64,000 bases of DNA from an uncultured delta proteobacterium. Its GTDB lineage: Bacteria > Myxococcota_A > Polyangia > Polyangiales > Polyangiaceae. The notes beneath the pieces were generated by a model. That model was not told the origin of the DNA. It made no database searches and saw only the letters and a program-made list of their open reading frames with translations. Below, one piece after another: positions 1-9,623 of the stretch. Within the stretch, counting starts at the first letter, position 1, and every line of letters begins with the position of its first letter. The translations under genes were made by a program, and so were the position numbers. The stretch spans positions 1,245,297 through 1,309,296 of the forward strand of contig CAWHDJ010000018.1 of NCBI GenBank assembly GCA_963827955.1, read 5' to 3'.

Positions 1-901
1 GGGTCGGCACCGGCGGTCTGCTGGGAGAACGCCGCCTGGCCCTGCGTGAGGTCCATCGTCGGGACGAGGACCTTCTGCCCGCCGGGATCGACGACGCGCA
101 TCTTCACCAGCCAGTGCGGGTCGTTCGGCTTCTGGACCATGTACACCACGCCGATGCCCATCGGGCCGAACGCCGTGTAGCCGGAGAGCGGCTCGTCGCC
201 CGGGTCGTTCAGCAGGACGTCGCTCGGGAGGAGGCGCTGGAAGGCGCCGTCGAGCTGGTTGAAGAAGAGCTTGTGCCTGCCGGGGTCGTCGACCCAGGTG
301 TAGTCGAGCACGTCGGCGGCCGTGTCGTGGACGAGGTGGCTCCCGAAGGCGATGCCGTCGGTCGCGACGTGGGTGAGCTCGAAGCTCCCGGCGCCGAGGA
401 CGAGCGTCCCCTTCGCCGTCGCCGTCACCTTGCCCCCGGTCTTCGCCTCCGCCACGAGCATGTGGGGGACCGGGTTCGAGCGGCTGGACGTCGACCATCG
501 CGACGTAGCCGTTCGTGTCCTTGGTGGCGGCCGCCGGGGTGCCGTTGTCGATCGTGACGTCGACGCTGTCGGGCGTGGCGCCGAAGACGGCGACGACGAC
601 GGGGATCTGCGGGAAGAGGGCGGTGTCGGCGTAGGCCGCGCCGTGAACGAGCTGGGGTAACGCGAGCGTGGTGGACGTGCTGCCCCCGCCGGTGTCGCCG
701 GACCCGCCCGTGCCCGTGCTGCCGCTCGAGGCCGCGGCGTGCCCGCCCGTGCCGGTGGCGCTGGTGGCCGTCGCGGCCCCGCCGCTCCCGGTCGAGGCCG
801 AGCTTCTGCATCGTCCCGCTGCCGCCGCCGCACGCCGCGGCGAGCGCGATGGCCGAGGCCAGACAGACGACGGGCACGAGGGGACGGCGAAGGCGGGCCA
901 T
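1..901 (-). pseudogene. Secreted lipoprotein gene. N-terminus MARLRRPLVPVVCLASAIALAAACGGG, then a Gly/Ser/Thr linker and a globular domain that runs off the window start. The reading frame changes at least twice, once at a G5 run at about 463-467.
   Basis: Signal peptide with lipobox LAAAC at 899-901 on the minus strand. Good-looking protein (…DTNGYVAMVDVQPLEPG / HMLVAEAKTGGKVTATAKGTLVLGAGSFELTHV…) continues in other frames. The Arg-rich remainder of listed ORF 425..1057 is GC-driven junk. Confidence 0.45.
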
Positions 902-966
902 GATGTGGCGATGGTATCCCCGTGCCAGTAGCCCGGGGGAGCCGAAACAGGCCGCGCGCGCGGAGG

Positions 967-1590
967 TTACTGGGCGAACGTGAGCGGGACGCCCAGCGTC
1001 GCCTGGCCTTGCGGCGGCGCGGAGAAGCGCGCCCGCTGGATCACGCCCGAGAGGCACTTCACGAGATCGGGCGAGAGCCCGGGGCCGCCCTTCGCCGTGA
1101 CGCCGGTCACCGCGCCGTCGACGCCGACCTTCACGTCGAAGCTCACCGCGCCCGCCATGCTCGGATCGTCATCGAGCGCGCGCACGTAGCAGCGCTTGAA
1201 GGCCACCTGGAGGCCGGCGATCACGCGCGACACGTCCGACATCCCCGACGGCACGCGCAGCTCCCCCGTGCCCACCGAGGGCCCCGTCACGCGCGGATGC
1301 GACCCGCTCCTTGCAGCCTCGATGGGATCGACGCCCGTGAGATCCATGCCGCCGAAGAGGTGGAGCGCCGTGGATCGGGGCTCCGGAGGCCCCGATGGAG
1401 CCGCGACCTGGGGCTGCGCGGTCGCCGCCGGGGTCGGCGCAGGTGGCGGGGTGGCGGACGCCGGCGGTGGAGGCGGCGCGGAGACGGCGGGCGCGGGCGA
1501 TGGAGGAGGCGCGGGGAGGGCGGGCGCGGGGAGGGGAGCCGCGCACGCGGTGAGGAGGTTGAGGAGGAGGGCTGCGCCGGCGGTACGCAT
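967..1590 (-). CDS. Pro-rich protein with a TonB/AgmX-like C-terminal domain
   Basis: Internal Met MRTAGAALLLNLLTACAA (signal), PAPAPAVSAPPPPP linker, C-terminal block ending VKCLSGVIQRARFSAPPQGQATLGVPLTF, which resembles a TonB_C fold. Confidence 0.4.
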   Translation of the reverse strand: MRTAGAALLLNLLTACAAPLPAPALPAPPPSPAPAVSAPPPPPASATPPPAPTPAATAQPQVAAPSGPPEPRSTALHLFGGMDLTGVDPIEAARSGSHPRVTGPSVGTGELRVPSGMSDVSRVIAGLQVAFKRCYVRALDDDPSMAGAVSFDVKVGVDGAVTGVTAKGGPGLSPDLVKCLSGVIQRARFSAPPQGQATLGVPLTFAQ

Positions 1591-1694
1591 GGTGGGAGAG
1601 CCCGGGATCCGTCCCATCCTACGCCGTCCATTTCGATTGCGCACCGCGCGTGCCCGGCCGCTCTCCGTGGATGGCGCCGGTGCTCCCGTCGAAG

Positions 1695-2069
1695 CTACCC
1701 CTTCGCGCTCCTGAGCCGTTCGTTCTCGGCCTCGACCTCGCGCAGCCTCCGCTCCGGCTCGGCGATGCGCGCCTCCGCGTCCCGGATCGCTTCTGACTTC
1801 GGGACCTCGGCCGGGAGCATCGCCACCACCTTCGCCCGCTCGGCCGCCGTCATCGCCGCCCACGCTTCCTCGCTGGGTGAGCGTGGATCGGCCGGGTCCA
1901 GCACGTAGCCTCCGGGGAGCCGCCGCGCCATGCCCCACTCTACCACCCCGCGAGGATCGCCGCCCATACGTCGTCCTGGCTCACCCGACACCGTTTCCAC
2001 GGACCGCGAGGGATGGCGCTGGCCGGGCGTGCGGGGCCGCGGCGCCGGGCTATCCGCGCGGCTCGACAT
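1695..2069 (-). CDS. Hypothetical protein. May continue upstream to about 2460 in another frame.
   Basis: ORF with a plausible charged C-terminal half (…AERAKVVAMLPAEVPKSEAIRDAEARIAEPERRLREVEAENERL). No recognisable domain. Confidence 0.25.
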   Translation of the reverse strand: MSSRADSPAPRPRTPGQRHPSRSVETVSGEPGRRMGGDPRGVVEWGMARRLPGGYVLDPADPRSPSEEAWAAMTAAERAKVVAMLPAEVPKSEAIRDAEARIAEPERRLREVEAENERLRSAKG

Positions 2070-2471
2070 TGCCTCCCCGCATGACGGTGTCTTCGTTCAC
2101 TTCCGCGTCCGCGATCTTCGCGGCGACGATGCCCGCGTCCGAGGCGAGCGCCGGCATCGACGGCAGCGTCCCGGCGAGCGGCGGCGCGGTCGCGCGCTTC
2201 GCGTGGAAGTCTGCGACGGTGCGCCGATGATCCGGCGTGACGCGCTCGGGCTCTACACCGTCCAGCGGATGTGGGCGTCGCTGCGAGACGGGCGCCCGCG
2301 GTTCGATGAGCCGCGGCGGAGGATGCGGAGGTGCCCCGCTTCGTCGCTCGCCCGGCCGCTGCCTGAGCCCGGCCGCGGGCTCGGCGGACGGCGGGTTAGC
2401 AGTGGCAGCGGTCGACAACGCGCGCTCGGCTTCCGGCGCGCCCGGGTCGCTCCGCGTGTAGAACACACGCT

Positions 2472-2687
2472 CTAAATCAACGAGCACAATCCTCGTTCAA
2501 GGAGCCGCTGAGCAACGTATGGAACCCCGGGCGTGAGCCCGCGGACCGGAGCCGCATGCGTCAGCACGCGGAGGCCGCGGCACAGCCCCCTGACGTCATG
2601 GTCCCCGCGCTCACGCGCGAGGCTCCGGTCCGCGGGCTCACGCCCGTGGGTTCCATCGTTGTGTCAGGATCGCGCTCGGCCATTTAG
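2472..2687. repeat. MITE-like palindromic element, family 1, copy 1 (about 215 bp). It has terminal inverted repeats and a nested 40-bp stem.
   Basis: Nearly identical to 37373..37585. TIRs ctaaatcaacgagcacaatcct / aggatcgcgctcggccatttag. Inner stem caacgtatggaaccccgggcgtgagcccgcggaccggagcc with its exact reverse complement ggctccggtccgcgggctcacgcccgtgggttccatcgttg. Confidence 0.8.
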
Positions 2688-3069
2688 CGTCCTGCGCGCA
2701 CGCCGTTGTTCGACGTACTGCGCGATCAAGACAGCGACGTCTGCGACGGCTGCAACCTCAAGCACCATGGGCTGCCTCCGCGCGTGCTGCTCGGTCAGCG
2801 GGCTCCGGCGCGGCGTGCCTGGCGCGTACGACGACGGCGACGAGCACGACCGCGAGCGCGAGCGCGATGATCGCGACACGCGAGCGCCGGACCGTGAGGC
2901 GCGCGAGCATCACGCGAGAACGCGACGCCGCCCCGGTGTGGTGTCCGACGATGCGCACGCAGCCCCAGCCGGACCGGGGCGAGCGCCGCCCGAGCGCCGG
3001 GCAGGATGCAAGGCGGCGCCCCGGTGCCGGATGAGGTTTGTAAACAATCCCGGAAAGGCGCCGGCGCGC

Positions 3070-3655
3070 CGGGAGAAGTCACGGGCGCGCTGGGAGAAGT
3101 TACGAGAGGGACGGGAAGAGACAGGAGAGGGTCGCGAAGAGACAGAAGAGGGACGGGAAGAGACAGGAGAGGGTCGCGAAGAGGCAGAGGAGGGTCGCGA
3201 AGAGACAAGAGAGGGACGTGAAGAGGCAGAAGAGGGTCGCGAAGAGACAAGAGAGGGTCGCGAAGAGGCAGAAGAGGGTCGCGAAGAGACAAGAGAGGGT
3301 CGCGAAGAGGCAGAAGAGGGTCGCGAAGAGACAAGAGAGGGTCGCGAAGAGGCAGAAGAGGGTCGCGAAGAGACAGAAGAGGGTCGCGAAGAGACAAGAG
3401 AGGGACGCGAAGAGACAGAAGAGGGTCGCGAAGAGGCAAGAGAGGGTTGCGAAGAGACAGAAGAGGGTCGCGAAGGGACAGAATAGGGTCGCGAAGAGGC
3501 AAGAGAGGGTCGCGAAAAGACAGAAGAGGGTCGCGAGGAGACAGAAGAGGGGCGCGAAGAGACAAGAGAGGGTCGCGAAGAGACAGAAGAGGGTCGCGAA
3601 GAGACAGAAGAGGGACGCGAAGAGGCAAGAGAGGGACGGGACCGCCGGGAGCAGG
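3070..3655. repeat. Tandem array of about 28 copies of a 21-bp unit (consensus gggtcgcgaagagRcaRRaga). It is open in all six frames and encodes heptads whichever frame is read.
   Basis: Directly visible periodicity of 21 bp. On the plus strand it reads EEGREET / KRQKRVA heptads, on the minus strand PLLSLRD / SRPSSVS heptads. No spacers. Confidence 0.85.
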
Positions 3656-3699
3656 AACGGGAGCGACGGGAGACCAGCGCGGGGCGCGCTCCCGCGTGA

Positions 3700-4437
3700 C
3701 CTGTAACCGCCCGCGGTCGCCGTCGGTGGTCCACTCGCGATCGGTGTGGGTACACGGATGGACAGGTCGACGCCCAGACACTCACGCTCTTTGTCGGCGG
3801 CTGCGGCAAGTCCACCCTGCTCGGATGCATCCACCGCGATCTCGACCCCGCCTCGCACCTCGTCGTCTACTCCTCGCTCACGACCCTCGGGCCCTTCGGC
3901 CTGCTCTCCAGCCTCGTCGCCAAGCTCGGCATGCGGCCCCGCCGCTTCGAGGGCGAGACCGCCCAGGACCTCATCGCGCATTTGCGCGGCTCGTCCAAGA
4001 GCGTCGTCCTCGTCCTCGACGAGGCCCACCTCATGCCCGACGCCTCGCTCGACGACCTGCGCCTGCTCACCGCCGACAGCATCGACAAGAAGAGCCCCTT
4101 CGCCCTCGTGCTCGCTGGCCAGCCTCTGCTCCGCGAGCGGCTCGCCGAGCCCCAGCATTATGCGCTCGCGCAGCGCATCACGGTGCGCGTACGCCTGCGG
4201 CCGCTGACCGAGAGCGAGGCCGTGCTCTTCCTCGACAAGCACATGCGCGCCGCCGGCGCCACGAAGAACCTCTTCGAGCCCAACGCCGTCACGCCGCTCT
4301 TCCAGCACAGCCGCGGCATCCCGCGCCTGCTCCAGAACCTCGCCCTCGGCGCCCTGCTCGCCGCCGCCAACGCCAACAAGAAGCTGGTCGACACCGACTC
4401 CGTGCAGCAGTCGTTGCTCGATGCGGAGGCGCCATGA
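3700..4437 (+). CDS. ExeA/TniB-like AAA+ ATPase (AAA_22 type). The N-terminus is truncated: there is no start codon, and the frame opens immediately after the tandem-repeat array.
   Basis: Walker A LFVGGCGKSTLL at about 3790; Walker B VVLVLDEAHLM; C-terminal GIPRLLQNLALGALL, typical of ExeA-like ATPases associated with mobile elements. There is a stop at about 3697 and no ATG/GTG before the P-loop. Confidence 0.6.
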   Translation, partial: PVTARGRRRWSTRDRCGYTDGQVDAQTLTLFVGGCGKSTLLGCIHRDLDPASHLVVYSSLTTLGPFGLLSSLVAKLGMRPRRFEGETAQDLIAHLRGSSKSVVLVLDEAHLMPDASLDDLRLLTADSIDKKSPFALVLAGQPLLRERLAEPQHYALAQRITVRVRLRPLTESEAVLFLDKHMRAAGATKNLFEPNAVTPLFQHSRGIPRLLQNLALGALLAAANANKKLVDTDSVQQSLLDAEAP

Positions 4438-4601
4438 AACACACCACCCACGTCTACGCCGCGCGACTGCCCAATCCCGCTCCGCTGCTCGACATCGCCG
4501 AAGAGCGACCGCTGCCAGCCGAGCACGCGCCCGAGGCCGGAGCGGTGGGCGAGCGCGAATCACCGCGCATGATTCTCGAACAACATCAGGCTGGCCGTTG
4601 A

Positions 4602-5222
4602 TCATGCGGCTTGCTGGATGACAGGCCCTGCGCCGGTAACCCGCCGCCAGACGTACCGGAGGAGGTACGCGCGGGCATTGCCGAGCAGGGCCTTCATGGT
4701 CTTGCAGCGGTGGTTGCGGGTGACATTGGCGTGCAGGTCCTGCCAGACGCGCTCGATGCGGTTCGCGTCGGGGCAGTAGGGCGGCAGGAAGTGCAGGACG
4801 ATGCGACCGCCGAGCTCTTCGAGGGTGCGGCGGGTCATGTGGGCGGAGTGGATGGCGTAGTTGTCGACGACGAGGTGGATGCGCCGGGCGACGGTGCCGT
4901 AGTGCTTGGCGAGATCTCGCAGCAGCGCGCAGAAGAGCGCAGCGTCTTTGCGCGCGAGACCCGTCGTGTGCAGCGTCCCGGTGCGGACGTCGAGGGCGCC
5001 GGCCAGGTAGAACTTCTCGTTCTTGCCCGGCGTGACGACGCGGCGCTGCTGACCGGGGAGCATCCAGTCGCGACCAATCTTCGGGTTGAGGTGGATGTCG
5101 ACTTCGTCGGCGTAGAGCACGGGCTCGGTTGCGCTCGCGCGCTCCTCCAGAGCGCGGATCTCGGTGAGCCGGGCCTGGCGCGGATTGCGCTTCCAGGGGC
5201 AGAGGACGACGGGTTTGGGCAT
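4602..5222 (-). CDS. IS630-family transposase, DDE catalytic part (orfB)
   Basis: …GRIVLHFLPPYCPDANRIERVWQDLHANVTRNHRCKTMKALLGNARAYL, the DDE_3 C-terminal signature. Confidence 0.8.
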   Translation of the reverse strand: MPKPVVLCPWKRNPRQARLTEIRALEERASATEPVLYADEVDIHLNPKIGRDWMLPGQQRRVVTPGKNEKFYLAGALDVRTGTLHTTGLARKDAALFCALLRDLAKHYGTVARRIHLVVDNYAIHSAHMTRRTLEELGGRIVLHFLPPYCPDANRIERVWQDLHANVTRNHRCKTMKALLGNARAYLLRYVWRRVTGAGPVIQQAA

Positions 5223-5229
5223 GCCGAGC

Positions 5230-5485
5230 CGTGCGCCGAGAAGGCACCGTCCGCCTTGGGCCTGCCGTTGCGGTGTCGCTTGTCGTAGAGGCCCGCGACG
5301 CCCTCCGCCACGTACGCGTGCCCCGCGCGCACGACCGTCGAGACGGCGATGGCCAGGATCTCGGCAATCTTGGGGCTACTCATGCCTCGGCCGAGCAAGG
5401 CGACCGCGTAGAAGCGCATCGCCGTGGCAAAGTCGCCGGCCTTGCGGACGATCCGCATCAGAAGGCGGCGCTCCGCCCCGTCCAT
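5230..5485 (-). CDS. IS630-family transposase, N-terminal HTH part (orfA). It is fused to orfB by a frameshift.
   Basis: MDGAERRLLMRIVRKAGDFATAMRFYAVALLGRGMSSPKIAEILAIAVSTVVRAGHAYVAEGVAGLYDKRHRNGRPK, the winged-helix of Tc1/IS630 transposases. Confidence 0.65.
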
Positions 5486-5615
5486 TTGGGGTACGATGTT
5501 CACGCGGGACTCCTGGTCGTTGGGGTGCTTGGCAGCTCCCAAACCGACGAGGGGGCCCGTCTATTTCCATCGAGAAACTACGTGTTGATCGAGATCTCTG
5601 CGCGGTGATTCCAGC

Positions 5616-8028
5616 TCAGGGCGCGTAGCGCACGATCGCTTCCGAGGGGATGAAGCTCCCCGTGTACGGGGGCTGCGGCAGGACCGTCCCCTGGCCGGGG
5701 TCGAACGCGGGGTCGCTGCTCGCGACGACGAGGGCTCCGCAGGCGTCGATACCCGCGAGGTACTGGCCGGTGATGGCGAAATCGCGGCCCCACACGTACG
5801 TGCCCGAGGGCGCGTAGCGGGCGACGACCGTATCGTGGCTGGCCGCCGTGATCGCCCCGCCGCCGAGATCCGCCGTACCGCTCCAGCCCGTCCGGAGGTA
5901 GACGTCGCCTGTTTCCACCACCGTCACCCAGGGGCCCGCGAAGGTGACGCCGGCGCCGCCGAAACGCCTGCCCCAGCGGTAGTTGCCCGCGACGTCGAGC
6001 TTGCCGAGGACGAAGTCCTGACTCCCAATCGGCGCCAGCGGCCCTCCGCCGAAGTCGAACGGCGCCGCGCCGACGAGGCCGCTCACGACCTCGCTGCCCG
6101 CCGAGTCGAGGGCGACGGCGAGCCCGGGCGCCGGCAGGGACGTGCCGAAGACGCAGCTCCCCGAAGGATCGAGGCGCGTGACGAAGGTGCTGCCGCCGGC
6201 CGCCGCCGACGACGCGCCGCAGCCCAAATCGAGGCTCGTGGTCGCGGACGCGCTCACGACCACGCCCTGCGTGTCGGCGACAATCGCGGGGACGGCGGGG
6301 AGGACGTGGCTGAAGATACAGGTCGACGTCGGCCCGAGGTGCGCGACGTAGCCGCTCGTCGATCCGGTGGGGGTCATGGGGCCGCAGCCGAGATCGAGGG
6401 TCGCAGTGAGCGCGCCGGAGACGTACGTGCCGCCCGCCCCGTCGGAGACCGGTGGATAGGATGGAGTCGCGACGATCTGCCCGCTCGGCGTGGAGGCCTG
6501 GGTGGCGAGGAGCCCGCAGCAGTAATCGCCCACGAGGCCCGCGGGACACGACGACACGTTCCCTTGGCTCGGCGCGCCGCCGTTCGCGGGTTGCTCCTCG
6601 AACCAGGCACCCCCGCAGCTCGCCGGGTCGAAGGGGATGCCGCACGACATGCAGCCGCCGATCTGGACGACGAGATCGTTGCCGGGCTGGATCACGAAGC
6701 TTTCGTCAGAGGAGACGCTCTTGATTTCGAAGTCGAGGTTCACCTGCGCGCCCTGCCCCGCGACCTGATAGTACCCCGACATGAGCAAGGCGCCCGAACC
6801 GTTGAACCGCTCGTAAGCGGCGACGTTGGTATTGGTTGGCCCCGCCGGGGGTAGATTGCCACGGCACCCCATGCCGATCGCGACATCGCCGGTGGGGCCG
6901 AGGGCCAGCTTGAACGTCGGCAGCGGGGTGAAGGAGGGCGGCGTGTCGTTACACGCCGCGTCCTGCGCCACCTCGACCCAGAACGATGTCGCCGCCGTTC
7001 TTGGTTGGATCGACCCCGACGCTGCAATCCGCCCAGCTCGTCGTGGGGCCCCCGACCGGCGGCCCTGGGTACGTCCCGCCGCTCGACGACGACGCGGAAG
7101 ACGAGCTGCTCGCGCTCGTGCTGGCGCTCGTGCTCGTGCTCGTGCTCGCGCTGGCGCTCGTGCTCGTGCTCGTGCTCGCGCTGGCGCTCGTGCTCGTGCT
7201 CGTGCTCGCGCTGGCGCTCGTGCTCGCGCTGGCGCTCGCGCTGGTGCTCGCGCTCGTGCTCGCGCTTGTGCTCGCGCTGGTGCTCGCGCTCGTTCCCGTG
7301 CTCGCGCTCGCGCTCGTCACCGCCGCGCCGCCCGCAGCGCCTGAACCCGTGGTGCTCGCCGTCGCGGCGCCGCCCATCCCACCCGAACCCACCGTGGCTC
7401 CACTCGCGGCGCCGCCCATCCCCGTCCCCGCGCTCGTGCTCGTTCCCGTGCTCGTGTTCGTTCCCGTTCCCGTGCTCGCGCTCGTCACGGTCGCGCCGCT
7501 CGCAGCGCCCGAACCCGTGGTGCTCGCCGTCGCGGCGCCGCCCATCCCACCTGAACCCACCGTGGCCCCACTCGCGGCGCCGCCCATCCCCGTCCCCGTT
7601 CCCGTGCTCGCGCTCGTGCTCGCTCCCGTGGTCGTGCTCGTTCCCGTGCTCGCGCTCGTGATCGTTCCCGTTCCCGTGCTCGTGCTCGTCACGGTCGCGC
7701 CGCCCGCAGCGCCCGAACCCGTGGTGCTCGCCGTCGCGGCGCCGCCCATCCCACCTGAACCCACCGTGGCCCCACCCCCGGCGCCGCCCATCCCCGTCCC
7801 CGTGCTCGCGCTCGTGCTCGTGCTCGTGGTCGTTCCGGTGCTCGTGCTCGTGCTCGTTCCGGTGCTCGTGCTCGTTCCCGTGCCCGCGCCGGTGCTCGTC
7901 CCCGCGCCCGTGCTCGTGCTCGACGCCCCGCCGGCGCCTTCTACGGTGCCCGAGCTGCACCCCCCTCCCACGCACGCCACCAGCACGAGCGGCAGCCCCA
8001 CGGCACGAAGCAACGGTCTGCGTCCCAT
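5616..8028 (-). CDS. Secreted lipoprotein: signal peptide, a roughly 300-aa Ser/Thr/Gly/Ala low-complexity linker, and a C-terminal SBBP-type beta-propeller repeat domain. There is a frame break near 6975-6990.
   Basis: MGRRPLLRAVGLPLVLVACVGGGCSSG at 8028. STGTGTSTS… repeats. C-terminal repeats AGNYRWGRRFGG / SGTYVWGRDF, typical of the myxobacterial beta-propeller repeat (SBBP). Two ORFs (6949..9144 and 5616..6971) overlap in different frames. Confidence 0.6.
7090..7960. repeat. Imperfect short tandem repeats (gctcgtgctcgc / gcgctggcgctc units) that encode the S/T/G/A linker of the lipoprotein
   Basis: Visible periodic GCT-CGT-GCT repeats. The antisense frame reads LALVLVLAL…. Confidence 0.6.
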
Positions 8029-8184
8029 CACGGTGTCGTTCAAGTGAAGCTCCTCTCTCGGCGACAGTTCGATGCACGAGCCCGGCGCCGCATTCACTGT
8101 CATTCTCGCACACCGTCGTCGCCGGGTCGTCGCCGCGTCCGAAAACGGCCAGACACCCCCCCGACGGCGCGTTACAAAGAGGGC

Positions 8185-8394
8185 GTGCAGCTCGATGGGG
8201 ACACCTGCTACCGCGCCCTCGAGGCGCGCGACGCGCGCTTCGACGGCGTGTTCTACGTGGGCGTGGCGACGACCGGCGTCTATTGCCGCCCCGTCTGCCG
8301 CGCCCGCACCCCCCGGCGCGACCGCTGCGCCTTCTACCGCACCGCCGCCGAGGCCGAGCACGCCGCGTTCCGCGCCTGCTTCCGCTGCCGGCCG
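8185..8394 (+). pseudogene. ada: N-terminal Zn-binding domain of an Ada-like methylphosphotriester-DNA methyltransferase. The gene is truncated by an IS630 remnant.
   Basis: VQLDGDTCYRALEARDARFDGVFYVGVATTGVYCRPVCRARTPRRDRCAFYRTAAEAEHAAFRACFRCRPEL matches the Ada metal-binding domain (FxYAVxTTGIYCRPSC…FRPCKRC). The ORF then reads directly into IS630 transposase sequence. Confidence 0.6.
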
Positions 8395-8627
8395 GAGCTC
8401 GGCGGTCGCATCGTCCTGCACTTCCTGCCGCCCTACTGCCCCCGACGCGAACCGCATCGAGCGCGTCTGGCAGGACCTGCACGCCAATGTCACCCGCAAC
8501 CACCGCTGCAAGACCATGAGGGCCCTGCTCGGCAATGCCCGCGCGTACCTCCTCCGGTACGTCTGGCGGCGGGTTACCGGCGCAGAGCCTGTCATCCAGC
8601 AAGCCGCATGATCAACGGCGCCGCTCC
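8395..8627 (+). mobile_element. IS630 remnant: the 3' end of the transposase gene plus the terminal repeat. It is inverted relative to the copy at 4597-5560.
   Basis: …GGRIVLHFLPPYCP-(C5 frameshift)-DANRIERVWQDLHANVTRNHRCKTMRALLGNARAYLLRYVWRRVTGAEPVIQQAA. It is about 95% identical to the 3' end of the orfB reverse complement, and the shared end is gcctgtcatccagcaagccgcatgatcaacgg. Confidence 0.75.
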
Positions 8628-9359
8628 CTACCAGGGGAAGTAGTACGCGTGGTACGCGTAGCGCGGGAGCAGGTTCTCGAACATCGCCCGCTCCTCCGGG
8701 TGCGCCGCGAGGCGCGAGTGCCAGTGCTGGTGGAGCGCCTGGAGCGAAACGACGCTCGGCACCCCGTATCGGATCCGGATCGCGTCGACCGTGTGCCGCC
8801 ACGCTCTGAGCTCGGCGCAGATTGACGCGTACGTCGTGAGATCCACGTCGCGGACGTAGACGGTGGCCGTGGCGCCCGCGCCCTCGAAGGGCGTCGCCGC
8901 GACGATCTTCTGGAGGCTCTCGTCCCCGAGGGGGAGCGTCTCGCCCCACGTGCTGCGCATCACCGGGATCTTCTCCGTCAGCGCGCAGCGCTTCTGCGGC
9001 GGCAGCTGGTCCTTCGACACGAAGGGGAGCTTGCCGCGCTCGCGCCAGGCCTCGGGCGAGAGGTCGAGGGCCATCGCGGTGCTCGCGAGGCCCGCGGGCG
9101 GGGGCGCGACCGCAGGCGATGGCACCGGCTCGGGCACGGGGCATGCCGGCGCCTCGTGGGCCTGCGGCGCGGCACCCTCGCCCCCGTTGTCCTTTACGCC
9201 GCCCGCCGCGCTCGCGCGGAGGCGCGCGAGGATGGCGCGCTCCATGCGCTCTTCGTCCTCCGACGCCTCCGGCTCGGCCTGGTCCTCGGCGCCGAGCAGC
9301 TCCCGGACGATCCTCGGCTGGGGGCCGCCGTGGTGGATCCAGAGATCGAGGTCGTTCAT
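8628..9359 (-). CDS. Hypothetical protein (243 aa)
   Basis: Start MNDLDLWIHHGG at 9359. The C-terminal half (…TVYVRDVDLTTYASICAELRAWRHTVDAIRIRYGVPSVVSLQALHQHWH…) looks globular. The N-terminal 800 aa of listed ORF 8628..11816 is antisense junk. Confidence 0.45.
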   Translation of the reverse strand: MNDLDLWIHHGGPQPRIVRELLGAEDQAEPEASEDEERMERAILARLRASAAGGVKDNGGEGAAPQAHEAPACPVPEPVPSPAVAPPPAGLASTAMALDLSPEAWRERGKLPFVSKDQLPPQKRCALTEKIPVMRSTWGETLPLGDESLQKIVAATPFEGAGATATVYVRDVDLTTYASICAELRAWRHTVDAIRIRYGVPSVVSLQALHQHWHSRLAAHPEERAMFENLLPRYAYHAYYFPW

Positions 9360-9623
9360 GTGGCCTCGCCTCCCCGCGCCTCGAGCTGCCGGATGAGCTC
9401 CCCTGAGCCTCTCCCTCGCCCAGCCGAGGTGCCGCTTGAAGGTCCCGAACGGGATGCCCAGGACGCCCGTCCCCAGCCCGAAGACGATTTCGAAAAAAAG
9501 TTCGCCGGAAGCGATCCGTTTTGGAGGCGACCTCCGACTAACTCTACAGAGGCGGAGATCGCCGCCTCGCACGGACCCCGGCAACGGGGTTCTGGACCTG
9601 CTCGTCCACGAAAGGAGAAGCCC

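Larger units (their letters stand above)
4597..5560 (-). mobile_element. IS630-family insertion sequence. The right boundary is approximate.
   Basis: Contains two overlapping transposase ORFs. The end sequence ccgttgatcatgcggcttgctggatgacagg recurs (inverted) at 8597-8627. Confidence 0.7.

Noticed and set aside
2533-3486. An ORF starting inside the MITE copy and running into the 21-bp array (likewise 37226..37581)
   Set aside because: Its start codon lies within a palindromic repeat that is duplicated elsewhere, and its translation is low-complexity. It is an artefact of open frames in repeats.
3070-3655. A CRISPR array interpretation of the 21-bp arrays (also 43352..43810)
   Set aside because: The units are contiguous with no spacers, and the repeats are too short and degenerate. 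No cas genes are nearby.
6986-8047. A plus-strand ORF rich in LALVLVLAL repeats
   Set aside because: It is antisense of the S/T/G/A linker-encoding repeats of the minus-strand lipoprotein gene.
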